A stretch of 64,000 bases of DNA, taken from Eledone cirrhosa (taxonomy: Eukaryota). Position numbers and translations under genes: made by a program. This document shows positions 13,306 to 25,126 of this stretch, one piece after another. Where the stretch lies: positions 289,044,001 to 289,108,000 of the forward strand of contig OZ024740.1 of the NCBI GenBank assembly GCA_964016885.1. The letters are read 5' to 3'. Positions within the stretch are counted from its first letter, which is position 1, and every line of letters begins with the position of its first letter. The notes under the pieces are model-generated. The model was not told where the DNA came from. It worked only from the letters and a program-made list of their open reading frames with translations, and ran no database searches.

Positions 13306-13450
13306 ATGATGATTGTGTGTGTGTGTAGCCCTAGGTCAGCACATCAGACTTATATTTGTGCTAGTGATGATGATGATGATGTTTGTCAGACCTCTCTTGG
13401 TGTTGCTGCTGATGTTGTGTAGCACTAAGTCAGTACTAGTTTGTCAGACT
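12305..13450. repeat. Compound minisatellite: ~55-bp unit alternating with variable (GAT)n
   Basis: About 13 full and 2 degenerate copies of gttgtgtagccctaggtcagtactga(tat/cac)atcagacttacactggtgctgct. Confidence 0.97.
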
Positions 13451-13469
13451 CATAATCAAAGATATAATA

Positions 13470-13930
13470 ATAATAATGAAATAATTGTGTACAGTGCTCA
13501 GGTGCACTACAACTCATCAAAGGTGCATGTATAGTACATAGAATAATGTACAAATGTCAGGAAAGTGAACAGAGTATGAGTCATGATACACATGTGCGTC
13601 TGAGAATGAAGGACTTTAACCAGTTATCTCTCACACCCACTGCAGAGAGTTTTGCCATAAGTCTTTTGTGTGGCACACACACAGAATTAAAAGCTTTAGC
13701 AAAGCCAAGATAAGCAACATCCACCAATGAGCTGCCATCAGTGATTCGGGTAATGTCTTCAAGAAACTTAATGAGTTGATCACAGCAGCTGGAGTTAAGG
13801 ATAAATCCAAATTGTGAGGACCGGATAAGGTTGTGAGAATTCCAGAAGTTCCAGAGTGTTTCTCTGACACAGGATTCCATCAGCTTGGCGATGCAGATAG
13901 TAAGACTGACTGGACAATAGTTGACCATAT
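13470..13930 (-). mobile_element. CR1-type LINE fragment, internally deleted
   Basis: ORF 13581-13928 NYCPVSLT...QFGF...VDVAYLGFAKAFNSV..PHKRL is a CR1-like RT N-terminal part, followed by a probable 3' UTR ending in (ATT)n. Confidence 0.85.
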
Positions 13931-14342
13931 TGCCTTTTTCTCAGACATAATGTAGCTATAACTATATAATCTTGGGTGTCATTTTTTTAAACTGGTAGGA
14001 TGTGATTTGAAGGAGATTTCATTGTTATTTCTATCTAGTCAAGCAACCATGTAGAGGCTCCCTTGTTCACTACTTAACTGATAAATACACGAGATGCAAA
14101 AAATATTCAGCTTAGATTACTAAATAAATGCAATTCTCCCCATTTCTTTTCTAAAGAAGGGTCCTGTTCCAAAAGTTTATTGAACTAATTTTTGTCGACA
14201 TGGACATCACTGTCTTTAGAGTGATGTACCTTGGTTAAAAGTACTGTATAATGTCTATGACTTTTGTGACTATTTTTGAACCAAGGATTTATAAATCCAG
14301 TAAAAAATTTGATACTCTATATTCTGCTTCTTTATTCACTAA

Positions 14343-14553
14343 CCCTTTAGCATTTAAACAGCCTATATCCGACCAGAATTCTCTCATCTCTTTCTGTTCA
14401 AACTGGCCATAACTGGCTGCTCATACTGATGTTAAGGTATTGTTCTCAAAATAAATAATATCAAAACCTCATAGACTCAAGATAATTATATGAAATAAAG
14501 TGTTTACCATGAAAATATAACAGTGAATATAAAGTAATGTAAATGCTAAAGGG
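14343..14553. mobile_element. piggyBac-type MITE
   Basis: TIRs CCCTTTAGCATTTA / TAAATGCTAAAGGG; flanks ctaa and ttaa (TTAA target, one copy mutated). Confidence 0.85.
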
Positions 14554-15149
14554 TTAAATGCCTTTTTATGATTATTTCAAGCTCATGGTAGGAAAATAAT
14601 CTATATCTTGAAAATGTATTAAATATTAGATAATAATTTGGTAATAATAAACCGGCATAAAAATATTGTGATGATAATAAACCAGCATGGTTGCTAAGGC
14701 TTCATTCTGTAGTGGATCAAAATGGCATGTGGAAAACTAATTTGGTTATCAAGGAATAAGATGCAATGACACATTCTTGTGCACCTGAACATGCTAATGA
14801 GGCACTTGAAAGGCTTTGTTATTTTTCGGTTGATTAATATCTGCCTTCTGCATAACTGGCTGACAGTCAGATTGTTTTTCTCTGTACATCAACACATCAT
14901 TGCAAACTTATTTAGGATGGGTGTTGTGGTGAAAATGTTGATGGAGTTCAAGAAAGAAGAGCAATGCTCATAGTTTTCCAGGGATGAACTCCTCAGAGTC
15001 AACGGCCATCCACCCCAACTATGGGTTGAATGGACTCACCAACCTGCAATTGGCCAAACATGGTGAGTATGGCTACATTCCTGACATGACCAAAACGAAA
15101 CAGAAAGGGAGAGGTTCCTCCAACAAGAGTGAAAAGGCCCTGGATTGGA

Positions 15150-15640
15150 TTAGATAGGATATATTGAGAAGTGCGCTAGCAGCCAAAGTGTATGATAAAG
15201 TTATATTTGTATAAATACAGAGTGTGTAACTGAGACTGCACCAATGTGTTTAAATATAAATACATATATAATATGTAGGCATGTAAACATGCCAGAAAAG
15301 GTGAATTTCCCTCTAAATTGAAAAAATAAGCACTCTTAATTGATTTTTGGATCTAATTGGACCCTCATCAGAAGGTGTATATATATCATCTAATCAACCA
15401 TAAGGAAACAATTAGTGCTTATGTTGGTAATTAAGATATATATGAGTAGTGTGCTAGCAGCCAAAATGTATGATAAAGTTATATCTGTATAAATATAGAG
15501 TGTGTAACCAAGACTGCATCAGCATGTACACACATATATATATATACACATATCTAATATGTAGGCATGTAAACATCCCAGAAAATACAAATACCCCTGT
15601 AAATCGGAAAAAAGGATTAACACCTTTAGTTGATTATTCA
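15150..15640 (-). repeat. Two ~278-bp tandem units, Penelope-pLTR/retrozyme-like, with a degenerate hammerhead core
   Basis: gctagcagccaaa.tgtatgataaagttata at 15175 and 15453. The minus strand of ~15330-15377 reads cacctt-CTGATGA-gggtc-caatta-gatcc-aAAA-atcaatta-agagtg. Confidence 0.6.
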
Positions 15641-18600
15641 TCATCATCATCATCATTTTACGTCCACTTTTCCCTGCTTGCAAGGGTGGGACGGGTCTTA
15701 TTCAACACATCATCTCTCCACTCGTCACGGTCCTTCGTCATCTCCACCGTGAGCTTCAATGATCTGAGGTCGGTTCTCACCACCTCCGCCCATGTTTTTC
15801 GTGGTCTACTTCTACCATGTCTTCCTTCAACTGGCATTTCCTGGCACTTCTTCACCCATCGGTCATCCTCCATGTGCATCACATGTCCATACCACCTCAG
15901 TCTCCTCTCCCGTACACTACATTCTATCCCTCTCAGACACAGTTTCTCTCTCAACACATTTATGCTGGGTCGTTCACGCACATTTACACTGCACATCCAA
16001 CGGAGCATGCTTGCCTCATTTCTCTCCAGCCGTCGCATATCCTCTGCAGTTGCTGCCCATGTCTCACTACCCTGCAGCATCGCGCTCCTCACACAGGCAT
16101 CATACAACCGGCCTTTTGTACGCAGGGAGAAACCCTTCTTCGTCAGCAGAGGAAGCAGCTCCCTAAACTTCTTCCAACCCGTCCTTATTCTAGATACTAT
16201 GGCCTCGGAACACCCTCCTCCCATGCTAATCTGATTTCCTAGGTACCGGAAGCTATCCACCACTTCTATAGCGCCCTCCTGCATTTGAAAAATGTGTCTA
16301 TCAATGCGACTTCTACTGTCTAATTTCCCTGTACATCTACTGCATACATATTTCTCCCTACCTGTTAGTTTGCCTGCTATCCCGCTACATCTCTTGTGTA
16401 CCCAGGATCTGCATTGTGTGCATTTTATAGAATTTATGCCAGTTCCTTTTCTGCATATCGAACATGGCCATTTCCCTGATGGAATCAGAGTTTTGTCCTC
16501 TTTTCTACTCATCAACACTTTTGTCTTAGCTAGGTTCACTCTCAGTCCTCTTGCTTCCAACTGCTGTTTCCATAGCCAAAATTTATTGTCTAGCTCCTCT
16601 ACTGATTCTGCTATAAGAACCAGATCGTCAGCATAGAGAAGTTTCCATGGACAGCCAGTCTTAAACTCTTCTGTTATGGCTTGGAGGACTATAATGAACA
16701 AGAGCGGGCTGAGGACTGAACCTTGATGTACTGCTACTTGTATTTGGAATTCCTCACTAAACTCCATTCCTACCCTGACTTTACTGAGAGTACCTCTGTA
16801 CAAAGTTTGCACTGTCCTTACAAGCCATTCCTCAACACCTAGCTTCCTTAGGGACCACCAGATGACAGATCGGGGTACCCTATCAAAGGCCTTCTCTAGG
16901 TCAACAAAGGCTAAGTATAGTGGCTTATTTTTCTCTAAAGAACCTCTCTTGCAATTGTCTCACCAAGAAGAGGGCATCTGTTGTACTATTCACAGGCACA
17001 AAACCAAACTGCATCTCATCTAGTTTGACCCTTTCTCTAATTAGTTGTACTAATATCCTTTCTGCCACTTTCATAACCTGATCCATCAGTTTTATACCCC
17101 TATAATTGCTCCTCTCCAGAGCATCCCCTTTACCTTTGTAGCAATTTATGAGAATACTGCTGCACCAGTCTTTGGGTATGACACCACCATATGTAGCCTG
17201 ATTGATGATGCGTGCAACCAGTTTAGTTCCTACGTCCCCTGATGCCTTCAGCATCTCAGCAACTATTCCCAATGGTCCAGTAGCCTTACCATTTTTCATT
17301 TCCTTAATCGCCTCTTGGACCCTATATTCGTCAATCTCAATAGCTGGTCCCTCTGTCGGATCTATTAAGGGTAATTTCTCTCTCTCCCATTCGTTCTCCA
17401 CATTCATCAGTCTCTCATAATGACATTTCCAGGCCTCCTTTTTCTGATCATTCGTGACACTAAGTACACCAGCATCATCCCGGACACATTTATCTCCAAC
17501 AACATCCTGATTTGCATTGACACACTGCCTTGCAATGTGGAACACTGCACGCCTCTGATCTTCCCGTCGCAGAACATTGGCAAACCTCCTACTCTCCGCC
17601 TCCCTGCGTGCTAAGTACACCTGACGTTTAGCTTCTCTCTTAGTGGCTGTATATTCTTCCCTACTCCCACCCTTTTCCAAGCCTTCCATGCTAGTCTTTT
17701 GTCTCTAATGGCCTTATCTACTGTGCTGTTCCACCACCAGGTTACTCTCTGTCTGGTTGGAGTTCTGCTCCAGCCACAAGTTTCATCAGTAGCCTGCAGC
17801 AAGTTGTCAGTAAGAAATTCCAGTTATTATCTATGTCATACGTCTCTAAATCGTCTTCTTTTTCGTCATATACATCTTGAAGGGCTTTCCTAAATTTGTA
17901 TTTTAGTGAAAGGTCTTTTAGCTTCCAGACCTTTCTTCTCCACACCTTCCTATATGTCTCATTCCATCTCTTGCTTACTGAGATATCACTAACGACTAAC
18001 CTATGCTGTGGGGTACATTCTTCCCCAGGGTATGCCTTGGTATTAGACACTATCTGCCTGTCCCGCTGCCTAACTAGTAAGAAGTCAATCTGGCTTATGT
18101 GCTCACCAGATTTGTAGGTTATTAGGTGATTGGCAGGTTTCTGGAAGTTTGTGTTGCAAATAGTCAATGTACCTGCATCACAAAATTCAAGAAGTCTCAC
18201 TCCTTCTTCATTTCTTGAGCCATAACCGTGCCCACCATGTACCCCAGTGTAACCATCCTGGAGCTGTCCAACATGACCATTGAAGTCTCCTGCTAGCATA
18301 ACGATGTCTCTGTCCTCTGTCATTGCGGTTGTTTGTAAAAGTTGCTCGTAAAAGCAGTCTTTCTCATCTTTGCCTAGGCCTGCTTGGGGAGCATAGGCAG
18401 AGATGATTGTCAGTAGTCTCCTGCCTACAACTAATCTAAGCTTAATTATTCGATTACTAACTCGAACTACCTCTATTGTCTTATTGATCCATTTCTCAGC
18501 CAGGAAAATGCCTACTCCCCCTAACCCATCATCCTTACCTACCCAGAAAAGCTTATAGCTAAGACGTTTGCCTACAACTAGTCTCGCAGAGGCACCTCTC

Positions 18601-18850
18601 CATCGCACCTCTTGCACGCAGCACACATCCGCAGATCTACCTCTGAGAGTGCCAACATTAAGTGTTGCAACTCTGAGATGCGACGTCTTCATATTTTGTT
18701 GTTGTTCCTATTTGTTGCTGTGCTGATAAGCGTTTTGGCATTGATACACTGGCTGGATGCCCTTCTTAACACCAGCGCCACTTTACAGCATCGACTGGGT
18801 GCTTTTATTTGTGCCACCAGCACTAGAGAGGATGTCTTACTAGACTCAAG
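15640..18850 (-). mobile_element. Near full-length RTE-clade LINE (APE endonuclease + RT), inactivated
   Basis: APE: LRVATLNVGTL, VQEVRW, SAYAPQ, AGDFNGHVG, QIDFLLV, QHRLVV. RT: NYRGIKL, QFGF, YADDL, FRYLG, RRLRWYGHV. Broken into ORFs 17742-18692, 16925-17689 and 15658-16812 by frameshifts. (ATG)n tail at ~15640-15655. Confidence 0.96.
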
Positions 18851-18914
18851 GGCCCTCTCTACCCCTCCATTTTACAGCATGGTCATTAAAAAAAAAACAA
18901 AAAAAACACTTATT

Positions 18915-19560
18915 GACACGACACACACACACACCAACACTCATGCATACAAACCACAAACACACACACGCCACTCACATACCAACACTCATTCATGCAT
19001 ATAAACACACACACCACTCACCGGCAGTACTGATACAAATACAAAGTCAAAATCATGTCAACTGTTGACTTTTCCCAGTCCAGTTCAGTTTTTATATATA
19101 ATAATAATAATTGTTTGCTTTACGCTGGTAATGGTGGTGGTGGTGGTGAATGGTGGTGGATGGTGTCAGTATGGTGATGGTGGTGGTGGTGGTGGTGGAT
19201 GGTCAGTGATGGTGGTGGCAGTTGTTGCTGTAGTTGTTATTGTAGTTGCTGCTGATGTTGCTGTTGTTGTTGCTGCTGCTGCCGTTGTTGTTGTTCTTCA
19301 TTTCACTGATGCTGTTGCTGCAGACAATGGTGTTGATGCTGTTTTTGTAGTCGCATATATATAAATACATACATACACACACATTCAACACAGACAATGG
19401 TGTTGTTGCTGCTGTTGTTGTTGTTGTTGTTGTTGGTGTCGGTGTCGCTTTGTTGTTGTTGTAGTTGTTGCTGTGTTGAAATCTGGTCGTATCCACTGAG
19501 ATATACATATACATACACATATACACACACATATATATATGTATATACACATACATACAT
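18915..19560. repeat. Mixed low-complexity block: (CA)n, (GGT)n, (GTT/GCT)n, (TACA)n
   Basis: Direct reading. Confidence 0.9.
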
Positions 19561-19974
19561 CAAAAGAGTTAGTAGTATGTCAACAGTCAACAGGTCAGCC
19601 ACCTTAGATAGAGTAATGAGTTATGTGGTTATGGTGGGGAGCGAGTGTAGCCGTTATTGTTATTGTGGTGGCGGGGGTCAGTGAGATGTACAAGTTCATA
19701 GTTCACTTGTCTCTTTTCCTCTCTCTTCAAAATTTTTGAATTTATGGCCTTTTGCAATGGCGGACAAGTAAGTGTAAAATGTAAATTCCAAATAGAGATT
19801 GCTCTGGAAGAATATAGGGAATATTTCTGTAGCTTTCACAGCTTTTCTCAGAACGTTTCCCGGCTTCCAATGAGTGAAAATTATTGTTGTATTTTGGTCT
19901 TTCAGAAATCGAAAATTAATAAAAATTTACCCCCATGAAAAACTGTGTGTTGTCCTATCTATGAACTCCCTATC

Positions 19975-20190
19975 TATTTTTTTGTTTTTTTTTGCCTGTT
20001 CATAATATTCATAAACAGGATTGACATGTGCAGCCAGGTTAGAAGTGGTATCAAGACTGGTGAGGGTAGGATCATTCAGCTAGAATTTACAAACGAGATG
20101 GTACTATTTTACTTATTGGAAGGTGATCTTTGACATGTACTGGATAGGGTTGTTGCAGAGTACTGCATAGCAGGAATTCAAATCAGTGTT
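19975..20190 (+). mobile_element. Duplicated RTE (Expander/Rex3-like) RT fragment
   Basis: Near-identical to 20515-20730. Confidence 0.85.
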
Positions 20191-20514
20191 GCGAAGATAT
20201 GTATAAATATTTATACACGTTGGTGCAGTCTCTGTTTCATGCTCTGTATTTAATAAGATATAACTTTATCATACACTTTGGCTGTTAGCACACTTGTCAA
20301 TAGGGATGGACAAACAGAGAAAGCACTCTGTAAGTTATGTTAATAGGTTATTTGTTGCATTTGCTAATGGTGGAGGTATCTTTTGTAAGCCCATCTGTTA
20401 AAAAAAATATCAAATTACTTTATGAATAGTATGTTTTTTCACATCATTTTTAGGTGGACCTATTACACACAGAAGTAAAGATTCTTTGGGAGAAGAAAAA
20501 GACTTTGCATATTC

Positions 20515-21170
20515 ATTTTTTTTTGTTTTTTTTGCCTGTTCATAATCTTCATAAACAGGATTGACATGTGCAGCCAGGTTAGAAGTGGTATCAAGACTGG
20601 TGAGGGTAGGATCATTCAGCTAGAATTTACAGACGAGATGGTACTACTTTACTTATTGGAAGGTGATCTTTGACATGTACTGGATAGGGTTGTTGCAGAG
20701 TACTGCATAGCAGGAATTCAAATCAGTGTTATGAAGAGTAAGACACTCATGCTCCCAAGAAAGCCTGCACAGTACACTCTGTATGTGAGTGGAATTCCAC
20801 TAAAGCAGGTGGAGAAGTTCAAGTATCTTGGGGCTGTTTTCATGAGTGATGGAAGGCAGGAGGTTGAATTATACGCAAGAATTGCAGAAGCTGCTGCAAT
20901 ACTGTGCCAGCTTCAGCACTCAGTCATCAGAAGAAGGGAGGTGGGTGTAAAAACCAAATTCACTATCTTCAATTTGGTGTTTGTGCCTATGATTATAACT
21001 TTTGGGTAATGACCGAGAAAATAAAATCATGAATACAAGCAGCTGAAATGGGGTTCCTTTGAAGTGTCTTTGGAGTAATATTACCCAATAGGATATTTAG
21101 CTTGGAGATCAGGAAGTCACTCTCTAAATCAAGAGATCGCAGTTCCATTACTATAGATATATGGTTCAAA
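20515..21170 (+). mobile_element. Expander/Rex3-like RTE RT fragment
   Basis: LFIIFINRI...FTDEMVLL...KSKTLML...LKQVEKFKYLGAVFMSDGRQEVEL.ARI...IQAAEMGFL. Confidence 0.82.
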
Positions 21171-21195
21171 TGTCTAAGATAAGAGAGAGAGAGAG

Positions 21196-21227
<32 letters not shown>

Positions 21228-21354
21228 AGATATCTATGTATAGTCACTTCTGGCTTATTGTATGTAGGTCCCTTGTGACAAATGAATGTGGCATTGAGTA
21301 AGAAATTCTTGTTTGTGGCCATTAAAAAAATTATTATGTATCCATTTTTTGCAG

Positions 21355-21471
21355 TTTGTTGCTAACTAAAGCTAGACTTGAAGAAGTGTGTCTTGGACCA
21401 GAAGAAGCTTTGGTTACATGCAAACATATGTTGAAATTATGGAAAGATTTACATGAAATTCACCAAGAAGA
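21355..21471 (+). CDS. TTC7B: TTC7-like exon B
   Basis: Acceptor tttttgcag, donor gtaagt. (S)LLLTKARLEEVCLGPEEALVTCKHMLKLWKDLHEIHQE matches TTC7B GPDEALLTCKHMLQIWK. 117 nt, phase consistent with exon A. Confidence 0.95.
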
Positions 21472-22481
21472 GTAAGTATATTTATGTATTTGCTTTATTT
21501 GTTTATTTCCTTGTTTGATGTTTTATGTAGTCATCCATAGGAACAATAAGTCCATAACATTTTGTTGCTAAATTGATCAATGAAAAGGAGATTATGGAGA
21601 GGTGAAGTGCCTGAGTAGATGAGAAAATGCAGTACTTGTTTGTTCATGGGTTAGTATTCACTGAAGATATTATGTTAGGTCTCTGTGAGAAAGGGTTCAT
21701 AAATACCTATGTCGATGTTAAGGATAGGTTTCTAGAATCCTGGGAAAAAATTGTGACGTCAAAGAAAAGGTTTGTCTCTCATCTACTTAATGTTTACTGA
21801 AACAAATGCTGAATACTTGTCCATAGGAACCCTAATATTCATGAAAGAATTAACTAACATTGATATTTTGTGTCTGATATCATTATCATCATTTTATGGC
21901 TATTTTCCATGCTAGTATGGGTTGAACAGCTTGTCATAATCTGAGTTGGTTTTCATATGGAGTTACTGTCCTCCTAGATGGGTTGGAAGACTATATCTCA
22001 TATTTTATTTTCATTGTAATTTGTCTAATAAGAATGAGCTGCTCATAGTATTTTTTCCTTTTCAAAGCTCTTCTAAATTGGAAAGTAGGTATAACTGGAT
22101 TAGGTTTGTGAACTGCTGTAAGTTAACTCTTAACAAACTAAAGAAACTGATTTAAATCTCCTGCCATTGTTGACTGACATTGACAGAATTTCTTTTAACT
22201 GTATATTTATTTGTGTGGTTTTTGCAGACGGCTAAAACAATGAGTAGAATTGATCCAGTATAGTATTGGTACTTACTTTATCAGTATTGATTCCACTATA
22301 TTACTCCTATATATATACAATACTTCTCCAACTTGTATGTGCTTTATTTAGTCACTAATTATTTCTAAGTTATCTTGTTATAATAAATCAAAAAGAATAA
22401 AAATGTTTTTTCTTTTATTTACTTATTTCGTATTTTTTTTTTTGTAAGTGAAGTTTTATTTCTCTCTCATTTATCTTGTAG

Positions 22482-22582
22482 TGGTTTTGAATCACAATCA
22501 AGAGGACATATTGATCGAACAGCATTTGACAAAAGGAGTTTAGCTCAAATGCAACTGAATGAAGTCAGTGATCGAGACTCTG
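22482..22582 (+). CDS. TTC7B: TTC7-like exon C
   Basis: Acceptor tttatcttgtag, donor gtaaat. (D)GFESQSRGHIDRTAFDKRSLAQMQLNEVSDRDS resembles TTC7B LDRTIADRRQLNTITLPDFSDPET. 101 nt, keeps the frame between exons B and D. Confidence 0.9.
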
Positions 22583-22649
22583 GTAAATGAGTTATACCCC
22601 CCCCCCCCTCTCTTCATCATTGTCAACATCAATCACCATTACCATTATT

Positions 22650-23100
22650 ATCATTTTATTGTTTTTGCATATTTCAATGCACACCTACCTGAGTACAGCT
22701 CTGTGTGGCTTGTGTACATATTGTATTTTGTTTTGTTCTATTTTTGTGTTTTTCTATTACATTGTAACTACTCTATGTAATATGTGTGCATAGCTTACAT
22801 AGTAGCACTGTTTTCTGTATGTTGTGTATGTATGCCAATCTTGGGGCACTCTACATGATATATATATGCAGTGCCTAGTAGTACTATTTTCTGTGTTATT
22901 TAAGTCCTTGTGTTTTGGTTATATATTTGGCTACATCACTTTTTATCATTCTCATGGGACCTATCATTATGGGGATTGTTTTTGTTTTCATATTATTATT
23001 ATTACTATTGTTTGTTACTGTTGTGTTGAATCTATGACAGTGCCAATACCTAATTCAGACTGTTTCACCTGCATTGCTAATGCTCCTGGGGAAGCCTTTA
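22650..23100 (-). mobile_element. R4/Dong-derived 3' fragments
   Basis: Minus strand acagaaaatagtactactaggcactgc = QKIVLLGTA (R4-type RLE C-terminus); similar to 9400-9520. Confidence 0.6.
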
Positions 23101-24184
23101 ACATAATAATTGTTTCAACTTTTGGTACAAGGTCAGCAATTAGAAGGGAAGGGGCAAGTCGATTAAATCAACCCCAGAACATTACTGGTACTTTATTTTA
23201 TTGATCCCATAAGGGTGAAAGGCAAAGTTAATCATGACAGAATTTAAACTCAGATCATAAAGAGTGGGAATAAATGCTGCAAAGCATTTTATCCAATGTT
23301 CTAACGATCCTGCCAAATCCACCGCATTTCAAAATGGTTTCTAATTTAGGAACAAGTTCAATTATTATACTGACCCCAGTACTTTACAAGTACTTTATTT
23401 TAATGACCTTAGAAGGAATTTGAAACCAGAAGATAGAGGACTGTAACAAAATACTGCAATGCATTTCATCTGACGCACTAATCATTAATAATCCTGTATT
23501 TTTTTCACTCTGGAGGTTTCTAACTTGTGCTGATATTTTTAGCTGATACTTCAATGTTTTGAGCTGTCATTCAGAAGATAAATTGAAAATGCGTGTGTGT
23601 GTGTAAATATATATAGTTTCCTTTGACATAGATAATGTCACCTGCAAAACCTAAATGTACTGCTATAGATACCACACACACTTACACAGAAAGTTTAGAT
23701 ATTCTGTTTGAGACTGTGTAAATAATGAAATTTTACCCTGGAGGGCTCACTGAATCAGGAGACATAAGTAACAGCAGTTTTAACAGCAGCAGTTATTAAG
23801 TATAGTGGTAATACCAGCTTTGCTGACTACTTTATGGAAGATCATAAGCAAAGTTGTCAGTTTTTTTAGTTCTTTGAAAATCTGGTTTACTGATTGTGCA
23901 AAGATAAAATTTGAGGAGTATTATATATGTGAAAACACTAATTGTCTATATTTGAACTAAAAAACTGGATAAGCCATTACTTATATATATATATACATAA
24001 TACATATATATATATATAATCATTATTTTACATTCATAGGGTATATATATATTTATGAAAAGAAATCCAGCTGTAGAAACCATGTTAAAACTGGAATGTA
24101 AGTGAGATGTAGACCTCTGTGACAATCTGTCTAACCCATGCCAACATAGAAAAATGCACATTTATCTATATCTATATATATGAA

Positions 24185-25126
24185 TGAGGTCTATGAGAAA
24201 AGTATGTAACATTAAGCTGAGAAAAAATTATGTACTTGATGGGGTTCAGTTGTTTTGAAACAGGCTTCTTATGCCACCACACATTTAGCTCAGCAATCCT
24301 TCCACCTTTTGAGGCACATTTGGAATGTTTCTTCCAGAATAGCTTTCATCTCTGCCATCGCAGTCCACATGATGTGCTTGACTCTGAAAGCGGGAGCCTT
24401 TAGCTGGCATCTTCATTTGTTGAGTTAGTGGCACAACAAAAAGTGCCTAGCCACCTTGTAAAGTAGTCATGTTAGAGATACGCAACAAAATACACCCGGT
24501 CCACCCTGTAAGGTGGTCGTGCTGGTGACTTGCTGAAAAAGTACCAAGTGCAACCTGTCAGTTGGTCATTTTGGTTTCATGATAAAAGCCACCCAATCCA
24601 CACCATAAATATGGTTGGTGTCAGGAAGGGCATCCAACCATAGAAACCTAGCCCCAAACAGTTCTGTATGATTAAGACGCAGTCACTTTATCTGACTTAT
24701 CTCAGAACAGGACAACTTGTCTAACCCATGCTAGCATGGAAAATGGACGTTGTCTGGAGAATAGAGAGCATAGTGAATGAGCAAAATATCTTTCTTTGCC
24801 AAGAAACCTTGAATCAGCTGTGAAGAATGATCTAGGGTATCGCCATGATACAGCTACCAGTTTTGCGAGACCCACACCTTTTGAACTACATCACAAAGAC
24901 ATCAAATAATACTCCTTTGTAACTGTTTGTACTTCTGGTACATATTTATGATGCGCAACAAACTGGGAGTTGAAGAAAACAGTCAATATCACTTTGATTT
25001 TGCTCTGCAATTATTGTGCTTTTTTGGGGCTTTGGCTACTTTGGATGTTTTCACTGTGACTGCATCCAGCAAGCTCACATGCACAATGAGAAAAAATAAA
25101 GTTGGATGCTTTTTTGACAGATCTCA
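24185..25126. mobile_element. Decayed mariner (Tc1/mariner) element interrupted by an RTE-derived SINE at ~24420-24750
   Basis: Imperfect TIRs tgaggtctatgagaaaagtat / atgcttttttgacagatctca. Minus strand at ~24755-24860 reads W*LYHGDTLDHSSQLIQGFLAKKDI...YSPD, similar to mariner HHDNAPAH...FLAK...PYSPD. Confidence 0.75.

Noticed and set aside
12305-13450. CRISPR array
   Set aside because: Spacers are only (GAT)n, there are no cas genes, and the context is a eukaryotic intron. It is a minisatellite, and it is not coding (TAG in one frame, frame shifts between units).
15470-16636. Plus-strand ORFs up to 254 aa
   Set aside because: Antisense shadows of the LINE RT frame.
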